From: Methanobacteriota archaeon
GTDB lineage: Archaea; Thermoplasmatota; Thermoplasmata; SG8-5; JAGLSY01
DNA: 64,000 nucleotides
Assembly: GCA_020696385.1 (NCBI GenBank)
Contig: JAEHCQ010000002.1
Span: forward strand, 96,001 to 160,000
Reading direction: 5' to 3'
Below the pieces are notes generated by a model that was not told where the DNA came from, did not search any database, and was given only the letters and a program-made list of their open reading frames with translations. This document shows positions 58,015 through 64,000 of this stretch, one piece after another (the first letter of the stretch is position 1; each line of letters opens with the position of its first letter). The position numbers and the translations under genes are program-made.

Positions 58015-59787
58015 ATGACTCCCATAATGTTGCTAATCGCCATCATGGTCTTCACCCTGATCGGCTGCGGCTTCGGAATATTGACCGGACTGATACCAGG
58101 TATCCATGTGAACAATGTCGCTCACATGGTACTTGTCTCCCAGACCATTATCATATCACTGGCCACCATGCTTTTCGGCTGGGCTAATCCTGAAACAAAA
58201 GACATTATCATCATCATATCCAGCTTGATAATCGGGACCGTCGTCACCCATACTTTTCTGGATTTCATTCCCTCGGTCTTTCTCGGAGCGCCAGATGGTG
58301 ATACCGCGCTTTCCGTCCTGCCAGGCCACAGGATGTTGATGGAAGGTCGTGGGTTCGAGGCCGTCAAATGCTCGGCCACTGGCAGTTTCGGGGCAATGAT
58401 ATTCGCCCTCGTCCTGTTGATCCCCTTGAGGCTTTTCATAGGCGAGCCAGTCAATGCGTATTCCGCGATGGAGCCCTTCATCCATTTCGTCCTGATCTGT
58501 GTGAGTACTTTTCTAATTCTTGGAGAAACAGCCAGCACCAATGAGGAATTCAACCTGAATGACATCGAGATGGATGGTTTCATCATGAGTGGGAGTGTGG
58601 GCGTGGATGATTGCGCCCACACTTCGATGATCAAGCCCGGCATGGGGAAGCTGGACAAGGATGGCGGAGAGATGAACGCCATCCATGGCACTGTGGAGAA
58701 CGTGCTGGTTGGTGATGGGGAAGGGGAAGAACAGAAGACCATCATACTTTCCCGAGGCAGCAAATTCGGGAAGGTGAGGGTCAAACTCCACAAGTGGAAT
58801 CATCGAGTTCCCGAGGTGGGCCAGGAGGTTGTGGCCATCGGGGATACAGTGTCGAAGGTGACGTGGAAGGACCACATGCTGAAAAGGAGCATGGCGATGG
58901 GCGTGTTCCTGCTGTCCGGTGTCTTGGGAATGATATTGCTGGCCCCCAGTGGTCTGGTCGGGGAGAATGTCTATTTGATAAAATTCGCTTCTTCGGACAC
59001 TGGCATCATCTTATTGTTCCCCATGTTCACCGGGCTTTTCGGACTTTCCACCATGTTGCTCAGCCTGAAGGACAAGCCAGTCATTCCAGAGCAGAATACT
59101 GAGGAAGTGAAGATAAATGTCACCCCCAGGAGGCAGTTGAAAGCAATAATTTCCGGAAGCCTGGCTAGTGTTTCTTCGCTATTCCCGGGGATATCCAGTG
59201 CGATCGCCACCATGATCGCTGTCAATATGCATGGGAACAAGGACAGCGAAGGTACGAAGGGTGGCAAAGGGCAGAAGGGGAAGAAAAATCGCAAAGGCAA
59301 AAAAGGCGAAAATATGCAAAATGATGAGGCCAGTGAGTTCATCATTTCGGTTTCGTCGGTCAATACATCCGTGGGGATAATCAACCTGCTGGCCTTGTTC
59401 ATAATCATGAAATCCAGGAGCGGGGCGATGAAAGCGGTTGAAGCGATCATGGGCGACCAGGTGACCGCATGGGCACCGATCTCCAATATCCCGCTGGAGC
59501 TGGCTTCACTTTTAGTCGCAGCAATAATCGCGTCAATTGTCGCTCTCTGGCTAACAATGAAGTTTGGAAAGTTATTCGCCAAACATTTCTCCAAGATCGA
59601 TTATGAAAAACTTGTCTGGGTGGTCATCATTTTCCTGATCGTCATGATCGGCGTCTTCTCTGGAGTTCTTGGTCTAGTGATACTGGGCATAACCACCTTC
59701 ATGGGACTAATTCCGCCATTAGTAGGCGTAAAAAGGGTTCATCTGATGGGGAGCCTGGTGTTGCCAGTCATCATGTATTTCATGTGA
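58015..59787 (+). CDS. TctA-like (DUF112) transporter permease with inserted soluble domain
   Basis: GLIPGIHVN, HTFLDFIPSVFLGAP, SVLPGHR, TGLFG, RSGA, VKRVHLMG. Confidence 0.88.
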   Translation: MTPIMLLIAIMVFTLIGCGFGILTGLIPGIHVNNVAHMVLVSQTIIISLATMLFGWANPETKDIIIIISSLIIGTVVTHTFLDFIPSVFLGAPDGDTALSVLPGHRMLMEGRGFEAVKCSATGSFGAMIFALVLLIPLRLFIGEPVNAYSAMEPFIHFVLICVSTFLILGETASTNEEFNLNDIEMDGFIMSGSVGVDDCAHTSMIKPGMGKLDKDGGEMNAIHGTVENVLVGDGEGEEQKTIILSRGSKFGKVRVKLHKWNHRVPEVGQEVVAIGDTVSKVTWKDHMLKRSMAMGVFLLSGVLGMILLAPSGLVGENVYLIKFASSDTGIILLFPMFTGLFGLSTMLLSLKDKPVIPEQNTEEVKINVTPRRQLKAIISGSLASVSSLFPGISSAIATMIAVNMHGNKDSEGTKGGKGQKGKKNRKGKKGENMQNDEASEFIISVSSVNTSVGIINLLALFIIMKSRSGAMKAVEAIMGDQVTAWAPISNIPLELASLLVAAIIASIVALWLTMKFGKLFAKHFSKIDYEKLVWVVIIFLIVMIGVFSGVLGLVILGITTFMGLIPPLVGVKRVHLMGSLVLPVIMYFM

Positions 59788-59802
59788 GATATGCATACAG
59801 TT

Positions 59803-59970
59803 TCATGATGATCTCTTATTTTTCTTAATTATGAGACGATTTCTTCTATCAAGACCCAAAGTGATAGAATCGCTCTTGTTCATATCCCCCAATATCTTAA
59901 TGGGTTTAGGAATTACAATGTATAATGAGCCATCACTTTTTTTTCTAATTGTTGATTGTAACTCTATTCT
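59803..59970 (-). CDS. AbrB/SpoVT-type small DNA-binding protein
   Basis: IRKKSDGSLYIVIPK...D.I.L....LII; GGAGGTG upstream. Confidence 0.7.
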   Translation of the reverse strand, partial: RIELQSTIRKKSDGSLYIVIPKPIKILGDMNKSDSITLGLDRRNRLIIKKNKRSS

Positions 59971-60511
59971 CATTATGCCCACCTCCATTATTACAATTAT
60001 GAAGATAAAGATATTGGATCAAAGACCTGGAATAACAATTCCTTTGAGCTATTATCTCTTTGCCATCAGATGCGTCGATAATTACCAGATCTGCTTGATT
60101 CAACCTTATCTCATTGCATTTGGCATCCGTTTCATTGTTCACATACACATTCAAAGTATGCTTCTGATGCCCGTTTATGATCTTCAAATGGCCCCCGGGT
60201 TCCAGATGCATGGCTTCCATCATCTCTTCCGATAGTAATGCTGTACCTCTGGCTGTCTCAATAGCCCTTCTTGCCACTAAACATCTGGACTCATCGTATT
60301 TCTTGGCAATTTCTAGATCTATGTTTCTCAACAATCTCAGTTCCTCAAATACAACAGATCTGATCTCACTCGTGGTCCCGCACTCCTTATCAGAGACCAT
60401 TTGTGCAATCTCTTTAGCTGTTATTTCATCCTCACCAGCATTTTGAAGAGATCGCTTGACCTTCGCTATATTAAACTCCTCACTTTTCCCGTTTCTCTTT
60501 GTTATCCTCAT
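59945..60511 (-). CDS. ATP-cone domain protein with a C-terminal beta-barrel-like region
   Basis: MRITKRNGKSEEFNIAKV..TTSEIR ATP-cone pattern. Confidence 0.75.
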   Translation of the reverse strand: MRITKRNGKSEEFNIAKVKRSLQNAGEDEITAKEIAQMVSDKECGTTSEIRSVVFEELRLLRNIDLEIAKKYDESRCLVARRAIETARGTALLSEEMMEAMHLEPGGHLKIINGHQKHTLNVYVNNETDAKCNEIRLNQADLVIIDASDGKEIIAQRNCYSRSLIQYLYLHNCNNGGGHNENRVTINN

Positions 60512-60693
60512 ATTACAACCTCGACAGTGTGCCTCCTTGCATTAGGGCAGGGGTACAGGGTTAAGGAGAACAATGACTCGGAGAGTATATCTGATTATTT
60601 CAAAATCAGACATAAATTTGTTAAAAATTTCATACAAATTGGGAGTGATATCTTACCTTGGTAAATTTTATCAAGGGTGGTTTCGGCTTTTCA

Positions 60694-61353
60694 TTACTCT
60701 TTACCAGTGGCATCCTTAATATCGCAATTGTTTATCAAGATACAATAGCCAATTATTTTTTCATCTTCGTTTTTAAAGTTTGTAATGGACACTATTGTTT
60801 CCATTACATTACCAGACTTGCAAATGCATTTGATATTTAGATCCATTATTTCATTACCTTTTACAACCTTTCTTATGATCTCTTCGAAATAGTCCATATC
60901 CTCAAAGATATCAATGTGATTGCCCAATATCTCATCTCGACTGAAGCCCAATAATCTTTCAACTTTCCTATTCCAAAAAAGATTGATGCCACCGTTATTG
61001 ATGATAATGATCCCGTCACTGATCTGTTCAACGATATTATGAAAGAAATTCGGAGATTCCGTAATATCTGTTAGTTTTCTCACCACCTCATTGTAATGGT
61101 CCATATTCTCTTCCATCTCGGGAGTTAAGAAATACACATGTCCATAAGCATCCAATTCCGAAGCATAGATCATGTTATACTTTTGGAGTTTGTCAGTGTG
61201 ATATTTAACAGTGCGGTAATTCAAATTTAATGCTTCAGACAACTGATTGGTATTGTATGCGCGATCTTTAAGTAGCTCGATTATCCGCACTCTGTTTTGT
61301 CCACCCGACTCTCCCAATAGTAAATATGAGATCGTTTGCTTCAAATTTGACAT
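60694..61353 (-). CDS. ArsR-like HTH + PAS domain regulator
   Basis: GGQNRVRII..NTNQLS..LNYRTVKYH..YG..YF; PAS motif DGIII..WN..ERLLGFSRDEILG. Confidence 0.85.
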   Translation of the reverse strand: MSNLKQTISYLLLGESGGQNRVRIIELLKDRAYNTNQLSEALNLNYRTVKYHTDKLQKYNMIYASELDAYGHVYFLTPEMEENMDHYNEVVRKLTDITESPNFFHNIVEQISDGIIIINNGGINLFWNRKVERLLGFSRDEILGNHIDIFEDMDYFEEIIRKVVKGNEIMDLNIKCICKSGNVMETIVSITNFKNEDEKIIGYCILINNCDIKDATGKE

Positions 61354-61446
61354 CTTGCATTCACACGATATGGAAGTGATTTTACGATTTAATGATTTTC
61401 TTGGTAAACTGTAGCTCCCTGTTTCCAGATCTGGTATTGCCAGTTA

Positions 61447-62298
61447 TCAATCAGTGTGGACCTCGACAATCTGCAAACTCAAATCACTGGCCCTGGCGCT
61501 GTGGGTGAGCCAGCCCAGAGAGATCACATCCGCGGACTTCGCATATTCCACTATGTTGTCTGGCGTGATACCGCCGGATATCTCTATCACGATATCCGGA
61601 TCTATCTTCCTAACTTCCTCAGCAACCGCCTCGACCTCGAAGGGTGCCATATTGTCTAGCATGATGATGTCCGGACCCGCCTTGGCGGCTTCAATAGCTC
61701 CGCCCATGTCAACAACTTCGACCTCGATCTTGATACGCTGGCCGCCCGGTCCCGGATTACTATCCGAGTATGACTTCGCCTTCTCGATGGCGAAGGTTAT
61801 GGACCCCACCATCATCAAATGATTATCTTTGATAAGAATTTGATCGTAAAGCCCAATACGATGACTCACGCCCCCGCCCAGGACGACCGCTTTTTTCTCG
61901 TATTCTCTGAAGCCTGGCGTGGTTTTCCTTGTGGCCGATATTTTGACTTTCGGATTGATCAAATGGCACTTGTCTATCAGATCACGGGTGGTGGTGGCGA
62001 TCCCGCTCATCTTGCACATGAAATTCAGTGCAAGTCTTTCAGTTCTCAGAAGTTCGCGAGCCCCACCAGTTATGCTCAGCACCTCCTGGCCATCTTTGAC
62101 ATGGTCCCCGTCCCGGAACTTGGGAATCACTCGAAGACCCTCATTCTCGAAGATCTTCACCGCTTCCTCGATGCCAGCTATCACGCAATCTTCCTTGGCG
62201 ATTATCCTTGCCCCGGCTCGCTCGTCCTTCAGAAGCGCATTGCTGGTCACATCACCTGCACCCAGGTCCTCTGGCAGAAAATCATAGGGCTCCGTCAT
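61447..62298 (-). CDS. nadC: Quinolinate phosphoribosyltransferase
   Basis: ERLALN, TRKTTPG, HRIGL, LIKDNH, EVEV, MLDN, SGGI. Confidence 0.95.
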   Translation of the reverse strand: MTEPYDFLPEDLGAGDVTSNALLKDERAGARIIAKEDCVIAGIEEAVKIFENEGLRVIPKFRDGDHVKDGQEVLSITGGARELLRTERLALNFMCKMSGIATTTRDLIDKCHLINPKVKISATRKTTPGFREYEKKAVVLGGGVSHRIGLYDQILIKDNHLMMVGSITFAIEKAKSYSDSNPGPGGQRIKIEVEVVDMGGAIEAAKAGPDIIMLDNMAPFEVEAVAEEVRKIDPDIVIEISGGITPDNIVEYAKSADVISLGWLTHSARASDLSLQIVEVHTD

Positions 62299-62381
62299 AC
62301 TGATGTCTCCGTCATACTGATGACCTCATCATGCTGTCTGTCATGTTATCCATGATAAAAAAGGTTTGTTCGGCAATCGGT

Positions 62382-63023
62382 CTAATGATTGCCGTTGTGG
62401 ATCTTTTTAACAATCCTTCGGGATCTGGCTATATTGATGGCCGCGTCCTTATCGGATTCCATGTTCTTGGTCAGCTTGGTGGTCCGGAACTCGTCCATCA
62501 CCTCCACGACAGTGAAGGAATCGGCCACATGATCCAGGATGAAATCCCTCGACTCAGGGGCCCCATTACCCAGCTTCAGCCTAGATGTCCTGAAAATATA
62601 GCTATCCAGCATATGATGAATTATCTCCACACATTTGTCCCATGACCTGGCCTGGCTGACCTCCAGAACCTCATTGTTGACAAGGACTGCTATTCCGGGT
62701 TCCTTGCCCGGATCCACTCCGATGACGAGTTCCTCGAAGATCTCTATCCCGGTCAATGCCTGGAATGCCCGTCTTATGCCTTTGTAAATATCGTCCACGG
62801 GGATGATCGGCATGGAGCTCCCCCAGGCAGTCCTCTCCACTTTATCCACATCGTACTGGCTTGTCAATATCACGCCTATGTCCATCGGTGGTGCTTCTCC
62901 AAAATTCAAGCTTCTGAAGGGTAATCCTCTGAATCGCAGTTCCTTTACCAAATCGAAAAAAAGTCTGGAATCACTGGTAAGCAGTCCGATTATATTCTTT
63001 TTATCGGATATGTGATTGCTCAA
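62382..63023 (-). CDS. Hypothetical protein with RNase H-like (YqgF-like) domain
   Basis: IGVDPG..PGIA, LGNG, VMDE..T, D.DAAINIA; probable TTG start at 63023 after GAGGAGG. Confidence 0.7.
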   Translation of the reverse strand: MSNHISDKKNIIGLLTSDSRLFFDLVKELRFRGLPFRSLNFGEAPPMDIGVILTSQYDVDKVERTAWGSSMPIIPVDDIYKGIRRAFQALTGIEIFEELVIGVDPGKEPGIAVLVNNEVLEVSQARSWDKCVEIIHHMLDSYIFRTSRLKLGNGAPESRDFILDHVADSFTVVEVMDEFRTTKLTKNMESDKDAAINIARSRRIVKKIHNGNH

Positions 63024-63033
63024 ATGATCCTCC

Positions 63034-63576
63034 TCATTTAATTTGATCCATAAGTGAAAAATCGAACTCGCACATCGGGCAAGCGGTCGCATTCTCATCC
63101 ACTGGCGCACCGCATAATTGGCAATGAATAGCCTCATCGAGTATATTCGAATCTTCATCGACACATATCAACGGGCACAGCAGGTCCTTGGTCCCCTCCC
63201 AGATGTCCATATCCCCATTCCAATCCTGGGCCCGGTGGCCGTATTCCTTCTCGATAAGTTCCATGGACTTGGCAACATTGTGGTTCATCTTGGCAGTCGC
63301 CTTTCCAGAATACACCACGGCCAGATAGAAGTTATTTGCCAGCTCGATCATGATATTCTTGTTCTCGAATTCGAGTTTCTTAAGCGACCATTTACCGTCT
63401 CCGAAAGCGTCCTTCACAAAAGACTGGACGGCAGTCAGCATACCGATGGTGACATCGTAATCCACCTCAATGTTCTGCTCTATGTTCATGAACTCGATAA
63501 GACATCCGCTCTTGTGTACGAGGAATACTTCTTCGATGACCGGGGTATTATCTTCTGAGCCCATGTATTGATCCAC
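63034..63576 (-). CDS. Longin/roadblock-like domain + zinc ribbon protein
   Basis: IEEVFLVHKSGCLI..GMLTAVQSFVKDAF; CQLCG..CPMC; alignable to the central domain of 1890-3650. Confidence 0.75.
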   Translation of the reverse strand: MDQYMGSEDNTPVIEEVFLVHKSGCLIEFMNIEQNIEVDYDVTIGMLTAVQSFVKDAFGDGKWSLKKLEFENKNIMIELANNFYLAVVYSGKATAKMNHNVAKSMELIEKEYGHRAQDWNGDMDIWEGTKDLLCPLICVDEDSNILDEAIHCQLCGAPVDENATACPMCEFDFSLMDQIK

Positions 63577-63660
63577 CTGAACTAATCATGAATATGCGAG
63601 GGGGGATAAGTAGATTTTGGGGAATAGAATGGATCCGCAGGACCGAAAGGCGCATGGAAA

Positions 63661-63965
63661 GTTTGGGATTACAGAAAGATTGACCTCCCCGCCATTTTGG
63701 CAGGGTGTCGAATATCAAAGCACTCTGTGACTGTCACTCGCTGGGTCATCGTTGGGAGTACCCCGCCCTTGCGTCCCTCAGGATTGCTCCGTCTGGCACT
63801 GAAATATAGAATGACTTCGCAACTCTCGATTTTCTGATCACTCACATCGAATCCAGGACGAAAATCTTCGAGCGGGGCATGTTGTAGGGAGCATACTGAG
63901 ATTCAGTAGGCTGTTGTCATGTCGATTAGGCCTTTTGATCGGGCAACATAGTCACCCAGCTTGAA
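63661..63965 (-). repeat. Dispersed palindromic intergenic repeat, copy D
   Basis: Reverse complement of the core (attgacctccccgcc, gcactctgtgactgtcactcgctgggtcatcg, gtaccccgccc ... cggggcatg) with an expanded loop; acccagcttga at 63954. Confidence 0.85.
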
Positions 63966-64000
63966 AACACCAACCGAGATTACTGCGAAGACGATCGTGC

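Overview
Archaeal chromosomal window, most likely Thermoplasmatota. This is inferred from gene content: DUF835/TPR proteins, KaiC-like ATPases, Kae1, Orc1/Cdc6, Trm1, Trm11, archaeal AlaRS and archaeal SRP RNA. It carries housekeeping genes, a por/ior 2-oxoacid oxidoreductase plus aryl-CoA ligase cluster, and several features worth follow-up: (1) a dispersed mosaic family of palindromic intergenic repeats (4 copies in 64 kb) whose hairpins resemble IS200/IS605 ends; (2) an AT-rich two-gene islet (dGTPase-like HD protein plus nucleoside 2-deoxyribosyltransferase) bounded by a duplication of the paaK 3' end, a candidate nucleotide-depletion defence module; (3) a ~2,880-aa membrane-spanning protein with a cytoplasmic TPR/HhH/Zn-ribbon/TNG-repeat region and exactly seven extracellular FG-GAP repeats split by nested domain insertions, downstream of a KaiC-like ATPase; (4) a membrane-anchored CDC48-like AAA operon with non-canonical Walker B motifs; (5) an SRP RNA with a UGAC rather than GNRA helix-8 loop. 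No CRISPR array, tRNA, rRNA, transposase or integrase was recognised. All calls come from reading motifs by eye; no database searches were run.
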